Shown here piece after piece: positions 28,788 through 38,809 of a stretch of 64,000 bases of DNA. The notes beneath the pieces were generated by a model. It ran no database searches and was not told the origin of the DNA. It was given only the letters and a program-made list of their open reading frames with translations. Position 1 is the stretch's first letter. The number at the start of each line of letters is the position of its first letter. Made by a program: the position numbers and the translations under genes. Origin of the DNA: an uncultured Bacilli bacterium. GTDB taxonomy: Bacteria > Bacillota_I > Bacilli_A > RF39 > UBA660. The stretch covers positions 18,992-82,991 of the forward strand of contig CANQRL010000005.1 in the NCBI GenBank assembly GCA_947626275.1. Reading direction: 5' to 3'.

Positions 28788-29600
28788 TCACTTTTTTTGA
28801 GGAAAAGGAGTCATGTTTTTGGCTTCTTTTTCTTTTACTTTAGCGGTTACTTTATGAACTGTTGCTTCATAGTTGATTCCTTGATCTTCGATGGATACTT
28901 TTTTAACAGATTGTTCTTCAATCTCTAATTCTTCTCGGAAGAAGACCAATTCTTGCTGAAAGTTTTTATTTCTTCTTGCTATTTTAAAAGTTGTCTTAGG
29001 AATGTGATTTAATAAGCATTCTAGAGGACTTTGATCCTTATCATAAGTCATTAAAAGGGAATAGGGAGTAACCAGTACACTTGCTCCTTTTTCTACCTGA
29101 ATTTCATAGATATGGGAGTATTTATTCCAAAAGAGGAAAAATTCCGTATCTTCAATTTGTAGACCAGTTGATAGATACTTTCCAAAAGCAATATCAGAAA
29201 GTTCGTCTTGTTCAACGCTTATCCCTCGATATACCGTTAACGTATCAGGAAGTGTAATTTTCCCACGCGCTTGATCTAATAAGATGGATATTTTTTTGAG
29301 ACTACGGAGACAAGTATAGATGTCGGTAAAGTCAATAGAGGAAAAAACACTGTAATAGATACTGTAATTTTTAGGCATTTTGACGATTCTTTTTAAGTTT
29401 TGAAACTCTTTTAGAAGTTTTTCTTTGGGAAGGCGTTCTAGAAGCTCTTCTTCGCTCATTTCTAAGTAGTTTGGAATCCTGGTCATGGGATTTAAAAATA
29501 GATACAACTGCGATTTATAGATAAGAATTGCATTTTTCTCTTCTAATGAGAGTTTTTCATATTGAAGAAGTAAATCTGCATAAATTTCTTCGGATGTCAT
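28788..29600 (-). CDS. R-S-E class ADP-ribosyltransferase (VIP2/C3-like)
   Basis: Y...LN, TVYRG, YLSTG, IQVEKGA, QQELVF. Confidence 0.7.
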   Translation of the reverse strand: MTSEEIYADLLLQYEKLSLEEKNAILIYKSQLYLFLNPMTRIPNYLEMSEEELLERLPKEKLLKEFQNLKRIVKMPKNYSIYYSVFSSIDFTDIYTCLRSLKKISILLDQARGKITLPDTLTVYRGISVEQDELSDIAFGKYLSTGLQIEDTEFFLFWNKYSHIYEIQVEKGASVLVTPYSLLMTYDKDQSPLECLLNHIPKTTFKIARRNKNFQQELVFFREELEIEEQSVKKVSIEDQGINYEATVHKVTAKVKEKEAKNMTPFPQKK

Positions 29601-29644
29601 AATATCACCATCCTCATTATATCAAAAAAAGAGGCATTTGCCTC

Positions 29645-30037
29645 TTATTTAATGTCAATAATTTTTTTGTGTTCTTTTTCTGGAAGTTTTGGTATACATA
29701 GTTTTAAAATTCCATCGGTAAATTCAGCTTCGACATTGTCGTCATCTAAGTTTCCGATATAAAATTTACGTTGTAATGTCTTAGAAGTTCTTTCCCTTCT
29801 AAGATAATTTACATCGTTATTTTCCTCCTCTTGATTTTTGCTAGCAGTAATGGTTAGGTATCCGTCTTCCACTTCTACTGAAATTTCATTTTTTGAAAAG
29901 CCTGGGATATCAGCCTCTACATAACAGTTACCATCTTTTTCATAGATGTCACATTGCATACCACTATTTACTCCTTCTCCAAAGAAATCTTCTAAATCAC
30001 TTCCAAAAGGAAATCTTCTTGGCATCAAACTCATCAT
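29645..30037 (-). CDS. Hsp20/alpha-crystallin small heat-shock protein
   Basis: DIYE, DIPGF.K.EI, YLRRER, A.F.DGIL.L.IPK. Confidence 0.95.
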   Translation of the reverse strand: MMSLMPRRFPFGSDLEDFFGEGVNSGMQCDIYEKDGNCYVEADIPGFSKNEISVEVEDGYLTITASKNQEEENNDVNYLRRERTSKTLQRKFYIGNLDDDNVEAEFTDGILKLCIPKLPEKEHKKIIDIK

Positions 30038-30076
30038 ATTACATTCCTCCTAACATTATCCATATTACCACTATTT

Positions 30077-30103
30077 TTGGCACTTGTCAATAATGAGTGC
30101 TAA
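30077..30103. promoter_or_regulatory. CIRCE element (HrcA operator)
   Basis: TTGGCACTT-N9-GAGTGCTAA upstream of hsp20, overlapping TTGACA on the minus strand. Confidence 0.9.
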
Positions 30104-30148
30104 AAAATGACAAAAAAAGAAAAAAGAAGACAAATTTCTTCTTTTCTA

Positions 30149-30454
30149 TTACTTCATCATATCAGATAGCTCTTCTTTAGAGCATAAACCAACTTTTTTA
30201 TGGAGCTCTTTTCCCTCTCGAAAGACGATAATAGTAGGAATACTCATGATTCCAAACTTTGCCGCTAGGCTAGGCGAATCATCTACATTCACTTTTAAAA
30301 TTTTTCCTTCTCCTCGATCATTATCTAGTTCTTCTAAAATAGGAGCCATTGCTCGACAAGGACCACACCAATCTGCATAAAAATCGACTAAAACCGTCTC
30401 ACTACTTTGTACTTCTTTTTGAAATGTTTCATCATTTACATGAATAATTGCCAT
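30149..30454 (-). CDS. trxA: Thioredoxin
   Basis: WCGPC, SIPT. Confidence 0.95.
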   Translation of the reverse strand: MAIIHVNDETFQKEVQSSETVLVDFYADWCGPCRAMAPILEELDNDRGEGKILKVNVDDSPSLAAKFGIMSIPTIIVFREGKELHKKVGLCSKEELSDMMK

Positions 30455-30553
30455 ATGATTCCTCCTAGGTTCATTATATAGGGAATAGGGAAAAAATGCA
30501 ATGGATAGGGGAGTAAGACCTCATTTTTTTCATATACTATAAGTGGTGATAAA

Positions 30554-31087
30554 ATGGATATGGATTCTTTCTCTTTAAAATATGATTATCCAACAACAGG
30601 AAACAAAAAGATGGATCAAGAAATCAAAATGGAAATCGATGACGATATCGAGGCCTTCTTGCAGGAGATGCTTTTTCAAGAGGGAAATATCTATCGATTA
30701 GAAATATCTTATGACAAGAAAGAGTGGAAGCAAAATCTTAGTTATATTCTTTTTAAAACGTTGGATTTGGGAGGTGCTCATCCTAGTACAACTATCGAAA
30801 CAATAAACTTTCAAGGGGAAAGACGTGTCTACATTGAAGATTTCCTTTCTTTGGAAAAGCTAAAAGAAGTCTCTCAATATGTACGAGGTATCCTATTAAA
30901 AAGAAAGGGAGCAATACCAGAAATGATTGAAGCGGGAACAACCGCTGAATATACCAACTTCCGCAATTTTTATTGGACGAAAGAGGGGATTGTTTTTCTA
31001 TTTGAGGCTTATCAGGTAGCTCCTTATAGTGCGGGGATAGTAGAAGTAACTGTTCCTTATTCATTATTAGGACTTACTGAGTCATAA
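30554..31087 (+). CDS. DUF3298/RsiV-family protein
   Basis: [14 protein letters not shown]. Confidence 0.8.
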   Translation: MDMDSFSLKYDYPTTGNKKMDQEIKMEIDDDIEAFLQEMLFQEGNIYRLEISYDKKEWKQNLSYILFKTLDLGGAHPSTTIETINFQGERRVYIEDFLSLEKLKEVSQYVRGILLKRKGAIPEMIEAGTTAEYTNFRNFYWTKEGIVFLFEAYQVAPYSAGIVEVTVPYSLLGLTES

Positions 31088-32210
31088 GCTCTTTTATTTT
31101 GTCAACTTTATCTAACTTTTCCCAAGGTAAGTCTTTTCCAAAATGACCATAACAGGTTGTCTTTTGAAAAATAGGTTGACATAACGATAGTTCATCCATC
31201 ATATTTTGGGGAGAAAAATCAAATAGTTGATGGATGATTTTTAAAATTTTTTCTTCCGGAATGGTATTGGTTTGATGGGTATCGATAAAGATAGAAAGTG
31301 GTTTTTCATAGCCGATAGCATAGGATACTTGAATTTCTATCTGTTTGGCTAGATGGGCTGCGACAATATTTTTAGCGACATATCTTGCATAATATGCGCC
31401 GCTTCTATCAACTTTGGTCGCATCTTTTCCAGAAAAGGCTCCACCACCATGTCTACTATAACTTCCATAAGTATCTACCATGATTTTCCTTCCCGTCAAT
31501 CCCGTATCAGAACTAGGTCCACCAAGAATAAATCGACCTGTCTGATTGATATAGTAATGAGTCTTCTCATCGAGTAGATGGGAAGGAATAATTGGCTTGA
31601 TTACTTTCTCTTTAATATCTTTTTGAAGCGTGGCAAGGTCAATCTCTGGTTCGTGTTGCGCCGCAATCACGATAGAATCGATTCGTTTTGGAAGGTGATT
31701 TTCATATTCTACGGTGACCTGGGTCTTTCCGTCTGGTCTTAAGTAAGAGAGAACTTTTGTTTTCCGTACGGTTTCTAGTTGTCTTGCTAATTTGTGAGCA
31801 TAGTCAATAGCAGTAGGCATATAACTTTCTGTTTCGTCTGTTGCATACCCAAAAACCATTCCTTGATCTCCTGCCCCTAGAACCTTTCTATTGACTCCTA
31901 AAGCAATATCTTCCGATTGCTTTTGAAGATCGATTCTAATGGGAATAGTATTTCCATTAAATTGTAATTCCTCTCGGTCATAACCAATATCGATAATCGT
32001 TTTTCTAGCAATTTTCTCAATATCTACGGTAGCCTTGCTAGTAATTTCACCCATAATTACTACTTCCTTTTGATTGGCGCATACTTCACAAGCTACGCGG
32101 GCATCCTTATCTTTTGCAAGATAAGCATCTAATATGGCATCACTAATTTGATCACATATTTTGTCTGGGTGACCTGAGGTCACTGATTCTGATGTAAATA
32201 AAATTTTCAT
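31074..32210 (-). CDS. metK: S-adenosylmethionine synthetase
   Basis: [23 protein letters not shown]. Confidence 0.97.
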   Translation of the reverse strand: MKILFTSESVTSGHPDKICDQISDAILDAYLAKDKDARVACEVCANQKEVVIMGEITSKATVDIEKIARKTIIDIGYDREELQFNGNTIPIRIDLQKQSEDIALGVNRKVLGAGDQGMVFGYATDETESYMPTAIDYAHKLARQLETVRKTKVLSYLRPDGKTQVTVEYENHLPKRIDSIVIAAQHEPEIDLATLQKDIKEKVIKPIIPSHLLDEKTHYYINQTGRFILGGPSSDTGLTGRKIMVDTYGSYSRHGGGAFSGKDATKVDRSGAYYARYVAKNIVAAHLAKQIEIQVSYAIGYEKPLSIFIDTHQTNTIPEEKILKIIHQLFDFSPQNMMDELSLCQPIFQKTTCYGHFGKDLPWEKLDKVDKIKELMTQ

Positions 32211-32271
32211 ATTATTCCTCCTTACCCCTTAGAAGAAAAAAAGTAGAGAATACTCTCTACTTAAGACTATT

Positions 32272-32363
32272 CCTCATCTTCCGACAACGTCGCAGGATTT
32301 AGCACCTAACTAAATAGGTTGCTGGACTTCATAGGGCCTGTCCCTCCGTCTCTCTTCATAAGG
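32272..32363 (-). promoter_or_regulatory. SAM-I riboswitch
   Basis: CTTATGAAGAG..GAGGGACAGGCCC..GAAG.CCAGCAACC..GGTGCTAA.TCC..GATGAG, followed by a terminator (32236-32262) upstream of metK. P1 has ATG where ATC is usual. Confidence 0.92.
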
Positions 32364-32535
32364 TTTTTTATTTACATGTTCATTGTATCGATTTTTATCT
32401 CATTTGTCAATGAAATTTGACAAATAATAGAAAGCAGCTTATTACGAAGCCTAAAAGTAACAAATTTATAAGATAATATCAAGAGATTGTAAAAGAGAAT
32501 CGTGTGATTCTCTTTATGAACAAGTGTGTGTATAA

Positions 32536-33024
32536 CTATTTTTGGATTTTTTTCATAACTTCAATATAGCGGTCTTTGTAGCCACTGCTGTGGTAAAAGT
32601 CTTTAGCGTGTTCATTGTACCCAAAGACCCCTAAAAGAACTGCTTTACAACCAATACTTTGAAAGTATTCTTCCATATGAGCAAGTAGTTTTTTGCCAAT
32701 TCCTTTACGCCTAGCTTCCCTTGTTACTACCAATTCTGTTACTCGTCCACGTTTAGGAGATTGAAAATCTAGCGTCTTTTCTTCTTCGTTGTTAATTACT
32801 CCAGCGATTAAACCAACAATCTTATTAGAATCCTTTGCTAAAAAAATTTTTCCATGATATTTCTTGACTTCTTGCATGGTCTTGGCAAAGTATTTTTCGC
32901 GGTATTTATCGGTTAGAATGTTGTAGTGATCTTTATCAATAGAAACGATATATTCCTGCAATTCCACTAGCAAATCTTTAACATTCTCTTCATATTTTTT
33001 ATCATAGTTTATAATTTCTATCAT
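32536..33024 (-). CDS. GNAT family N-acetyltransferase
   Basis: RRKGIGKKL acetyl-CoA motif, N..A..FY...GY. Confidence 0.9.
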   Translation of the reverse strand: MIEIINYDKKYEENVKDLLVELQEYIVSIDKDHYNILTDKYREKYFAKTMQEVKKYHGKIFLAKDSNKIVGLIAGVINNEEEKTLDFQSPKRGRVTELVVTREARRKGIGKKLLAHMEEYFQSIGCKAVLLGVFGYNEHAKDFYHSSGYKDRYIEVMKKIQK

Positions 33025-33197
33025 TTTTCCCTCTTCTTTTTCAAGTAGTTTACTTTCCATCATTATAGCATAAGTTTTTCTGGAAAAAAAGAGAGGCGTA
33101 TGAAGAAACGTCAAGTATCCATTTCTTTTTTATTGGTTTCTTGACTTATAGGAGACAAGATGATAACATGTAATAGAGAATAAGTAGGTGGTAATAA

Positions 33198-34121
33198 GTG
33201 ATATTGGATGTAAGTTACGGAGATGGAAGCGCCGAAGGATTGTTGGCATCGATGAGTCTTATAATGGGAATTGCAGGTGTGATTTCCCTCATTTCGATTG
33301 TCGCACAGTGGAAATTATTTAAAAAAGCTGGAAAGTCTGGTTGGCTATCTATTATCCCTATTGTAAATATATTTGTGTTGATGGATATTGCGAAAATTCC
33401 AAAATGGAAGTTTATTCTTTTATTTGTTCCTATCGCCCAAATTTATATTATGTTTAAACTTTATATTGAACTTGCACATCAATTTGGAAAGTCAACGGGC
33501 TTTGGGGTAGGAATGGTTTTCTTACCAATTATTTTCCTTCCAATGTTAGCCTTCGGAAGTGCCACTTATCTTGGATCGGTTGCGGATGCTCCTATGATGA
33601 ACTATACGTATAGTGTATCTTCTACTCCAAACCCTTCCTCTATGGGAGGTATGCAACCAATGAATAATGGAATGGCTCCTATGATGGCTCAACAACCGAT
33701 GAATCAAGGTATGCAGCCAATGAATAATGGAATGGCCCCAATGATGGGACAACAACCGATGAATCAAGGTATGCAGCCAATGAATAACGGAATGGCCCCA
33801 ATGATGGCTCAACAACCGATGAATCAGGGTATGCAGCCAATGAATAATGGAATGGCCCCAATGATGGCTCAACAACCGATGAATCAGGGTATGCAGCCAA
33901 TGAATAATGGAATGGCTCCTATGATGGGACAACAACCGATGAATCAGGGTATGCAGCCAATGGGATATGGCCAAGTGCCACAACAAAATTATGCACCAGT
34001 TGCTCCTCCAGGAAAGAAAATATGTCCTGCTTGTGGAAATCAAGTAGCGCAAGATGCCCCAACGTGCTTCTTATGTGGACATAAATTTTCCTCTTTGGAA
34101 ACCAATAATTCTAGTATTTAA
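33198..34121 (+). CDS. DUF5684-like membrane protein with Met/Gln/Pro repeats and C-terminal zinc ribbon
   Basis: WKLFKKAGK.GW..IIP, FGKSTGFG, CPACG-x9-CFLCG. Confidence 0.8.
   Translation: MILDVSYGDGSAEGLLASMSLIMGIAGVISLISIVAQWKLFKKAGKSGWLSIIPIVNIFVLMDIAKIPKWKFILLFVPIAQIYIMFKLYIELAHQFGKSTGFGVGMVFLPIIFLPMLAFGSATYLGSVADAPMMNYTYSVSSTPNPSSMGGMQPMNNGMAPMMAQQPMNQGMQPMNNGMAPMMGQQPMNQGMQPMNNGMAPMMAQQPMNQGMQPMNNGMAPMMAQQPMNQGMQPMNNGMAPMMGQQPMNQGMQPMGYGQVPQQNYAPVAPPGKKICPACGNQVAQDAPTCFLCGHKFSSLETNNSSI
33648..33962 (+). repeat. 60-bp coding tandem repeat, about 5.2 copies
   Basis: Unit encodes GMQPMNNGMAPMM(A/G)QQPMNQ. Confidence 0.95.
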
Positions 34122-34146
34122 AAAAGTTCATATTGATATGAACTTT

Positions 34147-34662
34147 TTATTTTAGCTTTCTTAAAAAATCTAAACTTTTAATCTTTGGAAAATCCTCTTC
34201 GCGTTCCTCTTCACAAAATAGGATTGATTTTCCTCCGGCTTCTTGCCATTCCATTACATTTTTTAAGCGATCGTCTACTAATACGACATTTCCGTGATAA
34301 AAAGATGGGGGAACAATATCTGATTTTTTCAAGGTAGGGGGAACAGAAATGATAGGAATAAGAATTCCTTTTTTTCTTAGAAAGTGAATTTTAGCAGTTT
34401 CTTCTATTTCATTATTATTTTGGGTTAGCAAATGGATTCTTTTTAAGTGAGTTTGTACTTCTTTTAAAATGTCAATACTACCATTTACTTGCTCAGAAGA
34501 AAAGATATGTTTTTCCCAGTCTATTGTTTGAAGCGCTTTTTTCCAACCAATTTCTGCCGCAATTTTGGCAATTCTTTGTTCCGTATTAATAATAACCCCA
34601 TCTATGTCAATCATAAAAACGGTTTCGTCGTCGATGAGTGCTTGAATATCTAATGCATCCAT
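34147..34662 (-). CDS. HAD superfamily 5'(3')-nucleotidase-like protein
   Basis: DIDGVI, T, K, LVDD...NV..W...GG. Confidence 0.8.
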   Translation of the reverse strand: MDALDIQALIDDETVFMIDIDGVIINTEQRIAKIAAEIGWKKALQTIDWEKHIFSSEQVNGSIDILKEVQTHLKRIHLLTQNNNEIEETAKIHFLRKKGILIPIISVPPTLKKSDIVPPSFYHGNVVLVDDRLKNVMEWQEAGGKSILFCEEEREEDFPKIKSLDFLRKLK

Positions 34663-34665
34663 GTT

Positions 34666-34854
34666 CTATCTCTTATTATCTTTAGAAATGTCAATTGCTT
34701 CATAGCCACAGTGAGGACATTTTTGTAGGTGTGTAAGTAGTTGATCGTTACTTTCTTTTGTACCTAAGGAATAATTAACGCTAAAGACAAGAAGTTGACT
34801 ACTTTCTTTCCCACATTTTGCACATTTTAAGGTTTGTTTTAATACTTTTGTCAT
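34666..34854 (-). CDS. Small zinc-ribbon protein
   Basis: CAKCG and CPHCG; 3-nt gap to the HAD gene. Confidence 0.7.
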   Translation of the reverse strand: MTKVLKQTLKCAKCGKESSQLLVFSVNYSLGTKESNDQLLTHLQKCPHCGYEAIDISKDNKR

Positions 34855-35033
34855 TCTTTTTCCCTTCCTTTTTCGCCCTTATTATATTCAATTCTCTAGG
34901 AAAAGAAAAGAGAACAAATGTATTTAAAACCTTTATAAACTTAGTATTTTCTATTTTTTGGAAGAAAATAAAAAAGACTTTTTAAGGTGGACACAAATCG
35001 TTCACATCAAAGAAGTCTTTTTTTACACTCTAA

Positions 35034-35936
35034 TTATTGAATAGGTACGTATCCCGCTTCCGTTGCTACTTTTTGACCACGACTTGATAACATCGCCTCT
35101 TTCAATTTCATAACATTTTCATTTGTTTCATCCTTACGAGTTACGATATAGTAAGCTGTTAAAATCGGATAGGTTCCATTTTGAATGGTGTCGTATTCTG
35201 GCTTAATACCGTTAATTGCTAGATATTTCAAATGGTCATTTTTATACATAGAGTTCGCATAATAGTAGTAAGAATATCCGATAGAATCAATACCATTATC
35301 ATAATCTGCTACGACATCAATGATTCCAATCATTGTCTCAACTTGTTCGGTTGTTGTAGGAACTTTTACTGGTTTTCCCTTCATGACAAGACTGAGTAAT
35401 CCTGTTTGACTACCGGAATTGGTAGGTCGTTGAAAAGCAATAATATTCGCATCTTTTCCACCTAACTCTTTCCAATTGGTAATCTCTCCGGTATAGATTT
35501 TTTGTGCTTCTTCAAACGTAATACTATCAACGGGATTTTCTTTATTGACAAAGAAGATGAATCCTTCGTTTACTACTTTAGTAACTTCTAATTCTACTCC
35601 CTTTTCTTTTGCGAGGGCTAGTTCTTCTTCGCTTGGTTCTGTTACCACGATTAAGTCAGTTTCATGATTGATTAGTTTTACATAGCCAGGGTGAGTATTC
35701 GTGTATTCTATACCTATTTCTTTCGTTGTTTTGCCAGTAAAATTTTCAATAAAGGCATCGACTAGAGGTTGGGTTGCTAAAGAGGCATCTATTCTTGGTA
35801 GTGTCTCTTTCGTAAATAGGATAGATCCTTCTTTTTGCCCATTTCGAATGAAGATATAAAAACTAATACAACTAGCAATCATCAAAATTACTACTCCTCC
35901 ATAGAGAAGAAATTTTTTTCTATTTTTATTTTTCAT
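35034..35936 (-). CDS. PstS-like periplasmic binding protein
   Basis: NWKELGG, QRP..SGSQ, IGYSY..Y. Confidence 0.85.
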   Translation of the reverse strand: MKNKNRKKFLLYGGVVILMIASCISFYIFIRNGQKEGSILFTKETLPRIDASLATQPLVDAFIENFTGKTTKEIGIEYTNTHPGYVKLINHETDLIVVTEPSEEELALAKEKGVELEVTKVVNEGFIFFVNKENPVDSITFEEAQKIYTGEITNWKELGGKDANIIAFQRPTNSGSQTGLLSLVMKGKPVKVPTTTEQVETMIGIIDVVADYDNGIDSIGYSYYYYANSMYKNDHLKYLAINGIKPEYDTIQNGTYPILTAYYIVTRKDETNENVMKLKEAMLSSRGQKVATEAGYVPIQ

Positions 35937-35945
35937 TTTTTCCTC

Positions 35946-37436
35946 CTAAAAGCTTAAATTTTCTTTGCCAAAATTCTCAAAAGAAACGAATGTTGAATAG
36001 TCACCAGATATGGCCCGTATGCCTGTCTCGTTAAACTCGTATGTTACGTTTTTCATCAGTTCTTTTGCTAATTCAACGTTTCCTTCTGTTTCTCTATAGA
36101 AACTATTTAAAATAACCGTTTCATAATCATATCCTTTTTGAAAGATGTCTTCTACTTGATCGATTCTTCGACCATCTGTGGTTATTAAGATTCCTTTTTC
36201 CTCTTTTTTGGTACAACGGATATTTTTATCCTCGTCGTAATAGGTTAGGAAGTTTAGGCCATCAACGTTATCAAGATTTTGCTGGTAGCGAACTTTTTTT
36301 GCTTCCTTTTCAAAATATTGTTTGTCCATACTACAAATTTGCGTATTCAAGTAACCTAAGTAATATGTAGAAAAATCTGTGTTCTTTGAGACTTCTCCCG
36401 TCACATTAAAGTATTGAAATTGGTTAGTATCTACTTGCTTTAAGAATTCCTTCTGAATGTCTTCAAATTGAAAAAGTTGATTTATTTTTTGTTTCTCTTC
36501 CCATTCCATTTCACTTCCATCTGTTGTAAAAATAGTGTCGACGAAGAGATTATCGTTTTGATATCCTACTTGATAGTATAGAAGAGGATTTGCCTGTGTT
36601 ACATACGAAATATTCTTAAAGCCAATGTCTTCTATATAAAGGGAATCTTTTGAACGATATTTAGTAGGATAGGCAAAATATTCTCCATATTTGTCGATGG
36701 GCAAGTGCACATCATAACTGCCAATCTCTAACAAAATTCCTTTTGTATCGAAGAAGAATGAAATATTTTTTTTATCTAGATTTTGAATAAGTTTCCAAAC
36801 CTCGTCTTCGATATTCACTTTTTCTTTTTCATCACTGTGTTGTTGATTTCCTTCCTCATCATAGTAAATGGAATTCTCTTCTTCTTGAAGGGAAATGGTA
36901 TAGGTAAGAGCCTGTGTTAATAGACTGTTAATTACTGTTTTGTCGGTGAATAAATCTTCAAAGGAAATCTCTTTTCCGTCTTTTAGAGAGATATTAAAAT
37001 AGCGATAATGGTCAAAAATGGGTTCTCCATATTCGTCGTAGCAGGAACCATAGGATTGAATGGATAAAACATCGTTAAAATTTGCTTCTTCCCGTGAGAA
37101 TAGGAAACACTCTTCTGGATTTTTTTGCTTTTCTACGAGTGCTTTAGTTTCTTCATAGAAAGCTTTGAGTTGGGCATTGATATTATTTTCTATTTCCTTA
37201 TTTTTTAACCCTGAAATTTGTAAGTAGTTCATGTTTTCGTTTATTTCTATTTTTTGAATTCTTAAACCGTTTTGATTGTAGGTATCATACATCGTAACTC
37301 CCGTTCCCATTTTCTCTAAAGGGGGGTCTTTTTCCTTTTGAGAGGTCATTGGACGAGTTGCGAAAAAGTATGTGATAGTGAGCGCTAAAACCCAAATAAA
37401 AGCAATGCAAATGCCAATAATAACTCTTTTTTTCAT
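35946..37436 (-). CDS. Membrane-anchored extracellular protein (DUF3298/DUF4163-like)
   Basis: N-terminal TM, I...IN..L, N.SL.DG..I.F.DLF. Confidence 0.55.
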   Translation of the reverse strand: MKKRVIIGICIAFIWVLALTITYFFATRPMTSQKEKDPPLEKMGTGVTMYDTYNQNGLRIQKIEINENMNYLQISGLKNKEIENNINAQLKAFYEETKALVEKQKNPEECFLFSREEANFNDVLSIQSYGSCYDEYGEPIFDHYRYFNISLKDGKEISFEDLFTDKTVINSLLTQALTYTISLQEEENSIYYDEEGNQQHSDEKEKVNIEDEVWKLIQNLDKKNISFFFDTKGILLEIGSYDVHLPIDKYGEYFAYPTKYRSKDSLYIEDIGFKNISYVTQANPLLYYQVGYQNDNLFVDTIFTTDGSEMEWEEKQKINQLFQFEDIQKEFLKQVDTNQFQYFNVTGEVSKNTDFSTYYLGYLNTQICSMDKQYFEKEAKKVRYQQNLDNVDGLNFLTYYDEDKNIRCTKKEEKGILITTDGRRIDQVEDIFQKGYDYETVILNSFYRETEGNVELAKELMKNVTYEFNETGIRAISGDYSTFVSFENFGKENLSF

Positions 37437-37514
37437 TTTCTACCAACTCCTATTTTATATTGTATCACAAAGAACTTTTAAACCACAAAAAAACAATCTT
37501 ATCTAAATTTTTTC

Positions 37515-37799
37515 TCATCCAAGATTGTTTGTAAGCATATTTAAAAAGTCCTTAACAGATACGAGTTCTTTATCTATTTTTTTATATAGATCAACAATTC
37601 TTTTTTTATATTCTTGAATTTCTAGGTTTTGTTGTTCCTTTTTTTTAGGTAAGAGGGGAGCATCTTCTTTTAAAAATTTTAAATGTTCTTCATAGGAATG
37701 AATCATAATGCTATACATCCGAATAAAAAATCGTGCATCTTGGATAGCTTGGGATATTTCTAATACTAAAGATAATGCAGCTTCTCTTTCATCCCTCAT
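37515..37799 (-). CDS. Hypothetical helical protein
   Basis: RBS AGGAAGAGGT before the ATG at 37799. Confidence 0.55.
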   Translation of the reverse strand: MRDEREAALSLVLEISQAIQDARFFIRMYSIMIHSYEEHLKFLKEDAPLLPKKKEQQNLEIQEYKKRIVDLYKKIDKELVSVKDFLNMLTNNLG

Positions 37800-37917
37800 A
37801 GAACCTCTTCCTTTCATCAAAAAAATTATAACATAGAATAGCAAAAAATATAACTTATAATAGCAATTTAACAACCATTCTTTCAATTAATGGGAAAATG
37901 AAATAAAAGGTGGTAGT

Positions 37918-38373
37918 ATGTTAAATTTCTCTAGGTTAAAGGACATAAGGGAAGATAACGATATGACACAGGAAGAAATGGCAAAAGTTTTAAAAGTTAA
38001 TCGCTCTACATATTCTTTATGGGAACTATCAATCAATATTATTCCGCTTCCAAAATTATGTGAATTTGCGGATTATTTTTTAGTATCTATTGACTATGTT
38101 TTAGGATTGACAAATGAACGTCGAAGAAAAGCGGCAAAAGGAAAGTTTAATGTTCAAAAACTAGGAAATCATATGCAAAAGATTCGCAAAGAAAAACAGT
38201 TATCACAAGAAGATGTAGCGCGGATGTTAGGAGTAACACAGGCATGTATTAGTAAGTGTGAGAAGGGTAAATCCTGTATCTCAACTTTAAATCTATACAC
38301 CTTCTGTAAAGAGTTTCAAATATCGATGGATAGTCTTTGCTATGAAGAGAAAGAGATTTATAGTTATTCTTAA
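37918..38373 (+). CDS. Tandem double-HTH XRE family regulator
   Basis: Two HTH_3 units (TQEEMA..L.V.RSTYS.WE; SQEDVA..LGV.QA.IS..E.G). Confidence 0.9.
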   Translation: MLNFSRLKDIREDNDMTQEEMAKVLKVNRSTYSLWELSINIIPLPKLCEFADYFLVSIDYVLGLTNERRRKAAKGKFNVQKLGNHMQKIRKEKQLSQEDVARMLGVTQACISKCEKGKSCISTLNLYTFCKEFQISMDSLCYEEKEIYSYS

Positions 38374-38378
38374 GAACG

Positions 38379-38579
38379 AAAAAGCAACTTCATTTTAAAA
38401 GTTGCTCTTTTCTTTATTTGATACTTACTATTATTCTTTATAGTAATCACCTTACTATTTAGATAATAAAAACATCTGAAAACAACAATTGTTGATTTCA
38501 GATGCAATCCAACAAGGGATAACATCTGATTCACACAATCAAATGTATCCTTTTTTATTTTATGCAAGTTTCCTTGACA
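38379..38579 (-). ncRNA. Candidate structured RNA / orphan attenuator
   Basis: TTGCAG-17-TATGAT promoter, successive hairpins including a terminator-like stem with a U-run, and a final terminator. Confidence 0.45.
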
Positions 38580-38657
38580 CATTCATCATAACATAAAAAC
38601 GACTCTTCTGCAAGTCGTCTTTTGTTATACTCGAAAAGTTCGAGTTAATTATCAATC

Positions 38658-38734
38658 TGGTGGAGGATAAGGGATTCGAACCCTTGACCCCCTGCGTGCA
38701 GGGCAGGTGCTCTAGCCAGCTGAGCTAATCCCCC
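38658..38734 (-). tRNA. tRNA-Ala(TGC)
   Basis: GGGGGAT/ATCCTCC acceptor with G3:U70, TGC anticodon, TTCGAA, CCA. Position 33 is C. Confidence 0.93.
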
Positions 38735-38809
38735 AAAATGGGTCATAAACGTGACTACTGCTTCATTATATCGGAAAAAGGGTTTGTTGTCAATAGATAA
38801 TTGTTAAAA

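Noticed and set aside
33648-33962. CRISPR-like array, and the His-rich antisense ORF 33546-34052
   Set aside because: No unique spacers; in-frame coding repeat; the antisense ORFs are by-products.
38370-38582. 70-aa minus-strand ORF
   Set aside because: ATG lies only 2 nt from the -10 box, has no RBS, and the frame runs through two terminator-like hairpins.
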